From Pristiophorus japonicus (taxonomy: Eukaryota): 64,000 nt of DNA. Location: contig NC_091999.1 in the NCBI RefSeq assembly GCF_044704955.1, forward strand, positions 26,846,001-26,910,000. The letters are read 5' to 3'. The position numbers and the translations under genes are program-made. Below are positions 24,981-37,759 of the stretch, piece by piece. The notes under the pieces are model-generated. The model made no database searches and was not told the DNA's origin. It worked only from the letters and a program-made list of their open reading frames with translations. Position 1 is the first letter of the stretch. Every line of letters starts with the position of its first letter.

Positions 24981-26697
24981 ACCGGTCTATAATTCCCTGT
25001 TTTCTCTCTTCCTCCTTTTTTAAAAAGTGGTGTCACATTTGCTACCCTCCACTCCATAGGAACTGATCCAGAGTCAATGGAATGTTGGAAAATGACTGTC
25101 AATGCATCCGCTATTTCCAAGGCCACCTCCTTAACTATTCTGGGATGCAGTCCATCAGGCCCTGGAGATTTATCGGCCTTCAATCCCATCAATTTCCTAA
25201 ACACAATTTCCCGACTAATAAGGATTTCCCTCAGTTCCTCCTTCTTACTAGACCCTCTGACCCCTTTTATATCCGGAAGCTTGTTTGTGTCCTCCTTAGT
25301 GAATACCGAACCAAAGTACTTGTTCAATTAGTCTGCCATATCTTTGTTCCCAGTTATGACTTCCCCTGATTCTGACTGCAGGGGACCTACATTTGTCTTT
25401 ACTAACCTTTTTCTCTTTACATATCTATGGAAGCTTTTGCATTCCATTTTAATGTTCCTTGCAAGCTTCCTCTCGTACTCTATTTTCCCTGTCCTAATCA
25501 AACTGTTTGTCCTCCTCTGCTGAGTTCTAAATTTCAGCCAGTCCCCTGGTTCGCTGCGATTTCTGGCCAATTTGTATGCGACTTCCCTTGGCTTTAATAC
25601 TGTCCCTGATTTCCCTTGATAGCCATAGTTGAGCCACCTTCCCTTTTTTATTTTTACGCCAGACAGTGATGTACAATTGTTGTAGTTCATCCATGCGGTC
25701 TCTAAATGTCTGCCATTGCCCATCCACAGTCAACCCCTTAAGTATCATTCGTCAATCTATCCTAGCCAATTCACGCTTCATACCTTCAAAGTTACCCTTC
25801 TTTAGGTTCTGGACCATGATCTCTAAATTAATTGTTTCATTCTCCATCCGAATGTAGAATTCCACCATATTATGGTCACTCTTCCCCAAGGGGCCTCGCA
25901 CAACGAAATCGCTAATTAATCCTCTCTCATTATACAACACCCAGTCTAAGATGGCCTCCCCGCTAGTTGGTTCCTCGACATATTGGTCTAGAAAGCCATC
26001 CCTTATGCACTCCACGACATCCTCCTCCACCGTATTGTTTCCAGTTTGGTTAGCCCAATCTATATGCATATTAAAGTCACCCATGATAACTGCTGCACCT
26101 TTATTGCATGCACCCCTAATTTCCTGTTTGATGCTCTCTCCAACATCACTACTACCGTTTGGAGGTCTGTACACATCTCGCACTCGCGCTTTCTGCCCTT
26201 TGGTATTCCGTAGCTCCACCCATACCGATTCCACATCATCCAAGCTAATGTCTTTCCTTACAATTGCATTAATTTCCTCTTTAACCAGCGATGCCACTCC
26301 GCCTTCTTTTTCTTTCTGTCTATCTTCCTAAATGTTGAATACCCTTGGATGTTGAGTTCCCAGCCTTAATCACCCTGGAGCCATGTCTCCGTGATGCCAA
26401 CCACATCGTATCCGTTAACTGCTATCTCCACAGTTAATTCATCCATCTTATTCCGAATACTCCTCGCATTGAGGCATAGAGCTTGCCTTTTTAACACACT
26501 TTGTCCCTTTAGAATTTTGCTGCAAAATGGCCCTTTTTGTTTTTTGCCTTGGGTTCCTCTGCCCTCCACTTTTACTCATCTCCTTTCTGTCTTTTGCTTC
26601 TGTCTCCATTTTGTTCCCTCTGTCTCCCTGCATTCGTTCCCATTCCCCTGCCATATTAGTTTAACTCCTCCCCAACAGCACTAGCAAACACTCCTCC
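24981..26697 (-). mobile_element. CR1 fragment (ORF1 end, APE and linker of ORF2), same family as 58537-61918
   Basis: CLNARSIRNK, GDFNMHIDW, KSPGPDGLHP, NYRPV; frameshifted. Confidence 0.92.
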
Positions 26698-28422
26698 TGG
26701 ATCCTGCTTATTTACACACTGAATTAATTTAATTACTTTGTTTTTATTCAAATGGTTATTTATAATTATATTAATTAATTAGTAATTATAGTTAAATTAT
26801 TAATTTAATAAAGTATTGTTATTGCTCCCAGGTCTTAGTGTGGACCAAACTTCGAGAAAAAAGGTAAAACTCACCAAACGTTCATCTACCTGCTGTATTT
26901 TGGAGGCCAAAGCAGCACCTCCTTCAACCATTGTTCCCATTCAAACTCTCACCAAATTCCGTTTAATATCACTGTGCAGAACACACTGTGCATCAGCAGC
27001 TAGTCTTTAGTTTTATACCATTGGAGCCACACACAAGTTACAAGTGCTGTCTCAGCTCCATGCCCATTGCTCGCAGTAATTAGCACATATTTAAGACTAA
27101 CACTTACAGCTGACTGATAGTTAACTACCAGTAACAGGCAGTTTCTGCTAACTTCTGTTTTTAAAGTTCTAACTTCAATTCAAAACGTTAATCCAAATGT
27201 CCCTTTTTACAGCTAATACTCAGCCAGACTCACCACGGACTTACCACGGAATCTCACTTTCTCTCCGTTCCCAAGTTTAGCACTCTCTTTGTGCACTCCG
27301 TTTAAGATCAGGATGTGATGATAGAGTAAGCTCTGACATGCTTTGCTGGGCCGAAAGGGTCCGGGTGGGGAAGGTCGCTCTGTAAATTTGCAGTCCACAA
27401 GCAGATGGGCTGCTAAGTCCCAGCACCCCCAGGGAAACCTCAGGGCAACCGCCTCAGACCAGTTTGTAGCCGCGAGCAACGAATGGCCTATTTCTGTGCT
27501 GCAGACATAAGTAACTCTTTGTAAAGTGAGGTGTGAAGGAGAAGGGATGTCTGAAATGCGATTCTGGGTCAACCACAGACCAGGGCGTGGTCAGAAGGGC
27601 AGGTCTGTGATGGCACAATGCTCAGGCACAGTGTCATGCGAGTTTCCCCGCTTTATTACATCACACATACTGCAATACCTAGCAACAAAGCTCGTTACCA
27701 CCCTCCCTGAACACTGCATATTATGGGCTATGTTTAGCACGGAGATTTTACAGAGAGTGAGGAGGAGCTGAGTTTAATGTGTGTCGAGTGTGTGCGGGGA
27801 ACACTTCATCCTGCAGATCACCGCATTGTTCAGGCAAACTTACAAAGGAACGTTATAGTGGTGAATGTCACTGGGATATACTCCGTCTGCAGGAGACCCT
27901 TTAATCCCAAAGGTAGATTATCTGAAACAAGGATACGTCACTGTCTCCGGGCGCTGGGGCTGCTCACGTTAAACCCCACTGGGAGAAAAACACAAGGAGC
28001 CTGTAAAAGGATGAAAGCACTGACCTTTGAGCCTTTGAAACCTTCCCTCCCTGGCTGTTGTTTGGTCCCAGGCCATTTCCCCCCAGCTTTCCCTGGGAGT
28101 GCTGGGGACTGAGCGGCCCGCCCGTGGACTGAAATGTAACAGAGCCACCTTCCCCGCGCCGCTCCCTTTGGGTAAACACATCCGACACGAGCCTGGCTGT
28201 CGGTAGCTATATAAATCCGTCCCAGGCCGCAGCAGACATCTTAGCGGGGATAACATCTGCAGGAGTCCAGCGGGACTGATCTCCGTGGACTTCCCCACCT
28301 CTATCATTTTTGTTAGTCGCTGAATCCGCGCGGTGAAAGATGAAAACAGGCCTCACTGTGTGTGTATAACAGAGATGAGCGAATTGGGCAGAACACCCGC
28401 CCAAAACATTGTGTGATTCTTA

Positions 28423-29321
28423 TTATTTAATACATTTAAAAATTACAGTAAAGGGATATTTCACCACATTCTTCAACTCCTCTCTGAATTTCGACTGGGT
28501 CACGGCATAAATACATGTGTTGGTGCAGCAACTCAGGAGCTGAAGCATAAATCCAATTTCCTGTACATATTGAGGTAGATATACAGGAATAAAGTTTAAC
28601 AAATACAATCGTTCAACCACAGAATATAAGAGAAACACTGCCCATAGCAGGATAAAATTGCCGGATATAACAAACAGTAAAATGATGGATTTCCTTCGCT
28701 TCTCCATCTCTGGGTCACTGGGAATCTCCCCACTGCTGTGGGCCCTGAGTCTCCTGCGGGCTCTGCTCGATACTAAAACCTGTCTGACAGTTAAAGTATT
28801 GAGCAGAAGGATCAGAACAAATGGAATAAACGGTGTTATAATATAATGAAGGAATTCAATTACTGCCCATGATAGTGACTCAGAGACTTCCCATGTAACA
28901 AAACAAAACCAGCTACCATTGGAAATCTGATACATACCTCCATACATAAAGTACCAGAAAGTGTTCTTTACACAGAATAGCGCACTCAGTGTTCCCATAG
29001 CCACAGTCGCCGTTTTCTCGGTGCAATATTTGGTTTTGAGCTTCTGACAACAAATGGCTATACATCGATCAAAGGTAAAAGCAACTGTGAACCAGACGGA
29101 ACAGTCAGTGACTGCGTAAAGCAGGATGGCATGGATATTACACACTTTGCTCTTCCACTTGAAATCAAACGCGGTTGAATAAAGAATAGGAATCTGCCTG
29201 GATATCAGGTCGAGGATAACGACCAGTAGATCTGCCGCTGCCATTGCCACCAGGTAACGGCTGACACACTTGGAGAGACCGCACCTTCCTCGAGACAGGA
29301 TCATTATCGTCACTAAGTTCA
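28423..29321 (-). CDS. GPR139-like class A GPCR, exon 2
   Basis: 899-nt exon after a TTTCTTGCAG acceptor; NLVTIMILSRGRCGLSKC, LVAMAAADLL, TVAFTFDRCIAIC, NTCIY; seven-TM pattern; stop at 28423-28425. Confidence 0.92.
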
Positions 29322-29426
29322 CTGCAAGAAAGAGAAAAACAGGGAATTTATATTTCAGATTGAGAGCAACATCAGCTGTCTCAAAGAATTATGTGTGAAA
29401 TGTGTCAGGATTAAATGAACTATACA

Positions 29427-29760
29427 ATGGGACGTGTGGTGTTTGGGTCAGGACTGATTACACCAGCGGATGGGACGTGTGGTGTTTGGGTCAGAACTGA
29501 TTACACCAGCGGATGGGACGTGAGGTGTTTGGGTCAGGACTGATTACACCAGCGGATGGGTCGTGTGGTGTTTGGCACAGGTATTGAAAGAACCAATATA
29601 TGGGACGTGTGGGTGTCGGGGCAAGGACTGAATGTACCAATGGATGGAACGTGTGGGCGTTGGCTCTGGACTGAATGTACCAGTGGATGGGATGTTTGGG
29701 TGTTGTGACAGGGAGTGAGTGAAGCGGTGGATGTGATGTGTGGTTGCTGGGTCATGACTG
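29427..29760. repeat. 43-bp minisatellite in the GPCR intron, decaying rightwards
   Basis: Unit GATGGGACGTGTGGTGTTTGGGTCAGGACTGATTACACCAGCG. Confidence 0.85.
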
Positions 29761-29894
29761 AAAGAGTTAATGTGTTGGACTTTTGCCGGGATGTTAAAGC
29801 GCTGAATGAGACTAATATATAACGCCATATCCAAGTCAGAGTGAGCAATAATTCAGCACAAGAAGCCGCGAGTTTGTCAATAACCTGTGTCCAT

Positions 29895-30115
29895 TGAGGG
29901 GAATAGAGTCATTGTCCAGGGATGGGAATGTAGTCTGGGGACAGCGAGGGGAATGGAATCTGTGTCCAGGGAGGAGAATGGAGTTGTGGGCCAAGGGAGG
30001 AATGGAGTCTGTGGCCAAGAAAAGGAATGGAGTCTGTACAGGGAGGGGAATGGAGTCTGTGGCCAAGGTGGGGAATGAAATTTGTTGCCAGAGAGGGGAA
30101 TGGAGTCTTTGGCGA
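29895..30115. repeat. ~22-24-bp minisatellite
   Basis: Recurrent GAGGGGAATGGAGTCTGTGGCCA. Confidence 0.75.
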
Positions 30116-30935
30116 GATTATGGCGGTTGTGTCGAAGGCTGAAGAAGATGACTTGAATTGCATTATGTATCGAAATCAGAACCTTTCCAACCATTGTATT
30201 GAAAGTACACTTTGTAACTGGCTTAAGCTGACTTTCCAGGAATATTGCAAATAATCTTTAAAGAAGGGACTGTCGCTTTACAATAGACTAATGATGACCC
30301 ATGTTGTATGATGTCACAGAGGATTTTCGAACGTGTCTGTTTACAGCTGGAACTGTGTCAACCTGCTGCCTTTCACCTGGTGTGAGAAAGTTACAGACTT
30401 CCAGTTGACAGAGAGAGTTTGAGACTGGAAATATCAAAATATTTCACAATATAGTGCTACATTTTGAATAGTTGCTACCGTGCGGCCCACACCGAGATCT
30501 CCTGAACTGTGGCTGAACAAGGGAAATAAATCAATTCAAGCACAACTGAATAAACATTTTACTGGAAGACGCATTGCAGTTTTAACCCGGTCCTGATCAT
30601 CTGGAATTAGTGACTATGAGGCAGAGCGGGAGGCGGTGGAAATTACGACAACTGTCTATAGCTGAATCATTAGTGGATAATGTCTCATATCTCAGTGTAT
30701 TTGTGAAGGATCTCTCAACGCTGATTTCCACAGAGCAGTGTCATTAACAATAACCAGCGGTCCTTAAAACACGTATTACCGCTGAACACATATTTATTAT
30801 CCAACACTGGGCATCAGTGCAGAAAGCTGACTGCAAGCTGTTCAATAATCTAATCGTTCACTAACATATCTTGTGTCAATAAAATAAAATTTCTGTCAAA
30901 TCCTGTAAACCACTATCACTGGAAACAATTTGCGG

Positions 30936-31268
30936 AAACAACACACTGTTTATTGAACTGGGAGCAGTGAGTCAGCAAATGATCAAACATTACATGACAG
31001 AAACTTCCGTGCATTGCCTGACACAGAACAAGAGGTTTAAATTGTGAAAACAACATACTGTTCATTGAACTGGGATCAGCGAATCAGCAAATCATCAAAC
31101 ATTACATGACAGAAACTTCCGTGCATTGCCAGACACAGAAAATAGGTTTAAATTGTGAAAACAACATACTGTTCATTGAACTGGGAGCAGCAAATTAACA
31201 AATGATCAAACATTACATGACAGAAACTTCTTTGCATTGCCAGACACAGAACAAGAGGTTTAAATTGA
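30936..31268. repeat. ~111-bp tandem triplication
   Basis: Three copies of AAACAACATACTGTTCATTGAACTGGG..CATTACATGACAGAAACTTC..GGTTTAAATTG. Confidence 0.9.
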
Positions 31269-31355
31269 ATACAATTAATAACTAGAACTAAAGGACAAGG
31301 ACAGAAAATACAGGGAAACATGGGTTACATAATTAATTGTAGATGAAGGACTCAC

Positions 31356-31452
31356 CAGGAACACCAACTGCAGCGAGGAGCGGGTAATAAATACGTTCCA
31401 CATTTAAAAGTGCCAACAGGATCCTAAGCTCAGTTGGAATCTCCCAGAACAT
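31356..31452 (-). CDS. GPR139-like GPCR, exon 1 (MFWEIPTELRILLALLNVERIYYPLLAAVGVP)
   Basis: ATG at 31452 with an upstream in-frame stop; ends CCT G|GTGAGT; phase-1 join gives GVPVNL and a 331-aa open frame. Confidence 0.88.
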
Positions 31453-31540
31453 GACTTGACTTTCTGTGACCTCCAATGAGAACTGTTCGTTTTAGAAAAC
31501 AACTTCAGTCAAACATTGCTATACAGGCTGAAAAAAATCC

Positions 31541-31550
31541 CTATTTATAG
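31541..31550 (-). promoter_or_regulatory. TATA box of the GPCR gene
   Basis: CTATAAATAG on the minus strand, ~90 bp upstream of the ATG. Confidence 0.6.
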
Positions 31551-31904
31551 GCTGAGTGATCTCTCCAGTGAGACAATTAAACTGCACACTGAAGGATATT
31601 AATCACAGTCACTGAATAAACAAGTTTTCCGAACCTTTTCTTTGCATCACTTTCAATTGCAAAATATCTTAAAAGCAACGTGGCTTTCAGATCAAATAAC
31701 TTTATCCAAAACCAAGCACTATTGGTAAAAGCAGAAATAGTTAAGTCCACAGAATCACAGCATGCATGTGAAGGGAGCAGCTTCATTTAGGGAGTTTATA
31801 TTATTACTGAGAAATAAAATAACTCTGTAATTTCACAATTTCAATTCACTTCTCGGCGTAACACAAGTGAAATAAAACAAATGGAAGGATAGATTTCTAA
31901 GTAA

Positions 31905-32900
31905 AGGTCAGTAACATACATGGGGACTGACAGTACAGTGCTAAGTAAGGATACATTGGCACTGATAATACAATGGTCAGTAAAGATATATGACGACTGA
32001 TCACACACTGGTCAGTAATGATACATGAGGACTGATAATACAATGGTCAGTAAGTATACATGGGGACTGATAATACAGTGGTCAGTAAGGGTACATGAGG
32101 ACTGATAATACAATGGTCAGTATGGGTACATGGGGACTGATAATACAGTGGTCAGTAAGGGTACATGAGGACTAATAATACAATGGTCAGTAAGGGTACA
32201 TGATGACTGTTAATATAATGGCGAGTAAGGATACATGGGACTGATAATACAGTGCTCACTAAGTGTACATGCGGATGGATAATACAGTCGTCAATTAGGA
32301 TACATGGGGACAGATAATACAATGGTCAGTAAGGGTAAATGGGGACTGATAATACAGTGGGCAGGAAGGGTACATGGGGACTGATAATACAGTGGTCAGT
32401 AAGGGTACATGGGGATTGATAATACAATGGTCAGTAAGGGTACATGGTGACTGTTAATATAATGGCGAGTAAGGATACATGGGACTGATAATACAGTGGT
32501 CACTAAGTGAACATGCGGATGGATAATACAGTCGTCAATTAGGATACATGGGGACAGATAATACAATGGTCAGTAAGGGTACATTGGGAAGGATAATAAA
32601 ATGGTGAGTAAGGGTAGATGGTGACTGTTAATATAATGGTGAGTAAGGATACATGTGGACAGATAATACAGAGGTCAGTAAGGATACATGGGGACAGATA
32701 ATACAGTGGTCACGAAGGGGACATGGGGCATATAATATATTGGTCAGTAATGGTTCATGGGGACAGATAATACAGTGGTCCGTAAGGGCATATGGGGGCC
32801 GATAACATATTAGTCAATAAGGGTACATGGGGACAGATAATACAATGGTCAGTAAGGATACATGTGTGCTGTTAATACAATGGTCAGTAAGGATTCATGG
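31905..32900. repeat. 35-bp minisatellite, ~28 copies
   Basis: Unit GGTCAGTAAGGGTACATGGGGACTGATAATACAGT. Confidence 0.95.
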
Positions 32901-32959
32901 CGACCTATGCCATGCAGATAGTCACACGCCATGCTATCGTTTATTTTACTCAGAGCATG

Positions 32960-35035
32960 AAATGGAGAGACTGGAGGTGAGGAAATGCGATGAAAGGAGC
33001 AGAGAGGTGAGGTGGGGAGAAGAGAGAGGACAGGAGGCGGGAGGGGAGTAGGCGAAAGGAGATGAGTGTGGAGGAGAGGAGAGGAGGGGAATAGGAGAGC
33101 AGAGGTGAGGGGAGGAGATGAGTGGAGTGGAGAAGACAGCAGAGCAGAGTAGAGGATAGGAGGTGAGAGGAGAGGTTGGAGGAGGAAAGAGAGAAGATGA
33201 GCAGGAAGGGGAGAAGGGTTTAGTGGAGGAGAGGATAGAGGAGAGGGGAAGTAGAGAGGAGAGCAGAGCAGAGATGAGTAGAGAAAAGTTGATAAGAGGT
33301 AAGGAGAGGACAAGAGAGGAGAAAAGAGGGCAGAGGAGAAGATAGGAGAGGGGAAGAGAGGAGAGGAGGGGAATGGAGATGAGAGTGTAGGGGAGATGGC
33401 AGGAGAGGAGAGTGGAATAGAGGTGGGGAGAAGGTAGGGGAGAGAAGAGAGATGAGAGGGGAGAGGAGGAGAGGAGCGGAACGTAGAAGGGAGGAATGGA
33501 GTGAAGTGGAGAGAGGAGAGAGGATGCGAGGGAAGCAGAGTAGAGCAGAGGAGAGGGGAAGGGCGGCGGGAGAGTAGAGGAGAGACCATCAGAGGAGAAG
33601 AGAGGAATAGAGTGGGGAGAGCAGGGGCGAGAAGAGATGAGAAGGGAGGGGAGGAGAGGGGAGAAGAGAGGGGAAGTGGGGAGGAGAATGGAGGGGAGAA
33701 GAGCTGTGGAGAGTCGAGCAACGGAGAGGAGAGTAGAGGAGATGAGAGGAGAGGAGAGAAAAGATGAAAAGGAGAGAGGAGGGTAGTAGATTAGAGGAGA
33801 GGAGAGGATGAGACATGGGACAAGAGAGGAGAGTAGAAAAGAAGGCAGGAGAGGAAAGAAGAGTGGGTAGTGGAGAGGTGAGTAGAGGTGAATGGAAAAG
33901 AGGGGTGGTGAAGTTAGGGGAGAGGAGAGGAGAGAGAAGACAATGAATGAGAGGAGGAGGTGAAAAGAGGGTAGAGGAAAGGAGAGCAGATGGGAGGAGA
34001 GGGTAGGAGGGCAAGGAGAGGAGTGGAGAAGAGAGGAGTGGAGAGGGTACAGGAGAACAGAGTGAACGTGAGGAGCGGGAAGGAGAAGAGAGGGGAGAAC
34101 ATCAGAGGACACAAGTTGAGGAGAGGAGTTAAAATGAAAGGGGAGAAGAGGGGAGACGGAGGGGAGAGGGGAGAGGAGAAGAGGGGAGAATTTAGGGGAG
34201 CGGAGTAGAGATGATTGGAGTGGAGAAGAGAGTAGAGATAGAAGCGACTTGAAAACAGGGGGGAGGAGAGGATAGGGGAGGAGAGGAGATAATTGGAGAT
34301 GAGAGAGCAGAGGAGAGGAGATGAGAGGAGATGAGAGGAGAATGGAGGAGAGGAAAGGGGAGGAGAAATTGGTCGGGGTGAGGGGAGAATGGAATAGAGG
34401 CATGGAGAAGGTAGGCGAGAGGGGAGAAAATGAGGACATAAGAGAGTTGAGGAGAACAGCTGAATGGGGAGGAGAATTGTGGAAAGGCGGGGAGATGGGA
34501 GAGGAGAGAGGAGAGAACGGGAAAACAGGTGAGGAGAGAAGTGGAGAGGAGAGAGGAGCAGATGGGAGAAGGGATGAGCCGAGTGGAGCGGATAGAGGAG
34601 GAGAGGGGAGAGGAGGAGAGAAGATGAAAGGAAAAGGAGGTGAGCAGAGTAGAGAGGAGATGAGAGGAGTGTGGAGGAGAGGGGAGGCGAGAGGCGGAGA
34701 GTTGTGGAGAGGGCAGGAAAAGAGGGACGAGCGGAGAGAGGAGGGTAGAGATGAGCAGGGAGGGGACGAGAGTGTAGGGGAGGAGAGGTGAGAAGAAAGC
34801 AGAGCAGGGGAGAGTAGAGGAATGGAGAGTAGATGTGATGAGAGGAGAGGAGAGGTAATTGGAGTGAAGAAGGGAGGGGATTAGAGGGGAGGACTGGGCA
34901 GGGGACAGGAGAGGGTAGGGGCGAGGATAGGAGAGGAGAATAGAGTAGAGGAGGGAAGAAGGCAGGGGAGAGGAGAGGAGACGAGCATAGGAGAGATGTG
35001 AGGAGAGAGGAGAGGGGAGGGGTGAGGAGGGGAGG
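32960..35035. repeat. Degenerate (GGAGA)n polypurine tract, ~2.1 kb
   Basis: Near-pure G/A on the + strand; source of the spurious S/P/L and E/R/G ORFs. Confidence 0.95.
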
Positions 35036-35633
35036 TGTTGGGGTAAAAAGGAGGCTTCTCTCCTTTAACGTGGACTAACTGATGGAGCTAAACGACATCT
35101 CGCCCAGCTTCCCACTGTATAACGACCAAGGAAGTAAACAAACGAAACCTCAGGTTTATTGGTTTTATTACGAGCAATGCACGGGAAGGTTCAATCTTGG
35201 AACCTCTGAAATAGAAGGGTTTTCAAGCATAATTTATACAGGTGTTGGAGAGGAGCTTTCCTCCTGCAAAATCATCGATAGTTCTATTGCTATTAGCGAA
35301 GTTACATTGATTTATTGACTCTTATCAGATGGGCTCTGAGTGGTACATGCAACAGCCCATCTCTCATCTTTGTTTTGTTCCATTTTGCCCTCTACCCCAG
35401 TATATCCGATGTCTGGTACGGTTGTCCTGGCTTCTTTATCTCTTCTCAGGGACTTGTAAAGAAAACTGCTGATTTTGGCTGCTTAAGTCTTACTAAGGTT
35501 AAGCTATAATATGCTGCGTATAAGCGTGTTATACCTTTATAAGCAAGTGTTACATACATAGGTAATTGATAAGTTCACAACCTTCAGCATAATTCTGACC
35601 CCATATCTACAACCTTATTATTTATCCTTTACG
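35036..35633 (-). mobile_element. ERV 3' LTR
   Basis: Direct repeat of 42731-43329; ends ..CAACA on the minus strand; preceded by the PPT. Confidence 0.9.
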
Positions 35634-35899
35634 ATTCCCCCTAATGGCCCTTGGCTATATGCCCAAGATAGGCAATTTCGCAATTAATTCCACATGGGTG
35701 AGCTTCCAGGGGTGACCTTTTACTGGGTAGTGCTACTTCCCGAGCTCCTGGACCTATCTGTTGGTTTGCCCATCAAGGTTGTACTATGTATGTCCTTTCT
35801 GCCGGACAGTCTGATTTCCCTTTGTTCAATGTTTTATCCATAGTACGGACTAGGGCCTGCCTCTTACGTCGGTTGCAGCTTTTTAAAGGATAATACTAG

Positions 35900-37600
35900 C
35901 AAGGTGAGTTCCCTTGCACTACAACCAGTACAATGAGTCCAGCATAGTTCGTGTATAAGTCCTTTCTAGCCAATATTTTCTCGGTGTTAGAATTATGCCC
36001 CGCCTGGGGTATCCTCTCTTTCTTCTATTTTTCTTCCACTTGGGGTCTTCTCTATTGTACCGAATTCCTGCCCTGCCTGGGGTATCCTCTATGTTGACGA
36101 ATGGTGTACAATTCAGTCCAGTTTGTTTCTCTTTCAGTTGGAGTATTGGTTTTCCTTGTTGTCCGATGGCCTTCGCATAACCTCCTTAGGTAATGTCCAT
36201 CATTGCCCCGTCGATCTTTCCTCCTTTAGCTCAGGGGTTGTAATAAACCCATTTATATCTGTCTCGTCAAGTGGAGTAAAGCAGAAGTCAATATCCATAA
36301 TGGTGCATGACGTGTTCCTTTCTTCATTTCAGTTGCCGTGATGCTCACACATGAATCTCCATATCCTCGTGAAACAGCGATAATTTTGTAGTCCTGTGTT
36401 AGTGGGGGTGATGCTCAAGGTGCACCCGTCCACTTGGTTATATCCACAGTCATCTTTGAACATTCGTAGTAGATCTCGAAATAAAGCAACTTTTTACTCC
36501 TACATTGTTTGGTGTAGAGTATCTACGATTGTCACATCATACTGTCATATAGATAATAAAAAATCTATTTAATGTGCGGTTACACAGCAGGCCTTTGAAA
36601 CCCAAGCATGACTGTTTCTCTGCACCTCGCAGGCATGAGTCATGTTTTTTCTAAGGTCCAGTTGGTAAATATATCGAGTATTTTCCAATCCGGCACCTTT
36701 CTATTCTGAAGCTGTTCAATGTTATGTTGTATTCCATTCAGCAACCATACTCCATATCCTATACATAATAGTTCTGTCTGTATGGTTTTACTTAAGTTCG
36801 TTTCTGCTCTTTTCATTTTTAGTTCTGGCGTGGTCTCGCAATGTGTGGGCCACTTTAATAATTCCCTTTCTGCGCCATTACCGAGTTGTGTCTGTAACTT
36901 TTCATGATCCTCATCCCTTTCCAGCAATCCCTGTAAGGTTTGTGTTTGGGCGTTAACTCGATCATCTATCGTGTCTGGCTCGATAGTGTTCCAACTCCCG
37001 CATTGTATCCCACCGTGTACCATTTCTAGCATCCCTCTTTTTCCCCTGTCCCGTTTTTTACCTGACCCTCTTTCGACAATAAATTTCATGGCTTTTGATT
37101 GAGGGCCTTTAAGTGCTCGCAGGGTCAGGTTTCTATACAGGCTTATACTGTTTAACCTGCAGGTGTTGGTGTTAGTTATATTGTTTAAATTTACGAATAC
37201 AGTAATTATTCGCTGACGTACCCTGAAGTGTATCTTATCCTTGGTCTGCCATAGCAATTTCTCTTTTGCCCCAGTGTTCACAGTTGGACAGGTTTGTGGC
37301 GCTAGGGGTGTGATGGTCGAGGTCCTGGTAATGCTCACTGTTGCTAAACTAGTGGATGGGGCCGTGTTGGTGGGTCTATCTCTGGAGATATCCCTCCACC
37401 ACCATTCATAGATTTTAGTGAAATCTGCACCCCCTTCCCCGGGTGCAGTATGTTTGACCCTCCTGATTATAAAACACACCGCGGTCTTATTCCCACTAAT
37501 TATGGTCCCGTATTATTGACACATCCCCAATGTTGTTTCGTTTCCTTGTTACGTTGTTTTATGCCCGTTATTTAACTCTACTGTTGTTCCGTCCGTCACC
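35900..37600 (-). pseudogene. env: ERV env remnant (279-aa open piece at 36640-37479)
   Basis: Thr-rich segment, furin-like RGKR followed by a Gly-rich peptide and heptad-like region; lies between pol and the PPT; outer bounds approximate. Confidence 0.7.
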
Positions 37601-37759
37601 ATCAGTGTTTTTGATGTTTTATTAAACTAATGTCGCCCAAGTCCCTGTAATACAGGCCTTGCCATCCCTCAGTCTGTTGTCCCTGATATGAGGCTGCGTT
37701 ACTCCACGTTATTTCCACGAGCTCTTGAGTCCTGCAAAAAGCAATATTTTCCAGTCGTC

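Noticed and set aside
27627-27670. CACAGTG heptamer as a possible recombination signal
   Set aside because: No nonamer at 12/23 spacing and no adjacent V, D or J segment; none was recognised anywhere in the window.
26700-28400. AT-rich and unique sequence with short ORFs
   Set aside because: No recognisable domain, termini or splice structure; may include an unrecognised repeat or the GPCR 3'UTR, but I cannot support a call.
31905-32900. CRISPR-like appearance of the 35-, 43- and 54-bp repeats
   Set aside because: Head-to-tail repeats without unique spacers, no cas genes, vertebrate context.
32849-34791. Long S/P/L-rich and E/R/G-rich ORFs (up to 497 aa)
   Set aside because: Translations of the (GGAGA)n low-complexity tract.
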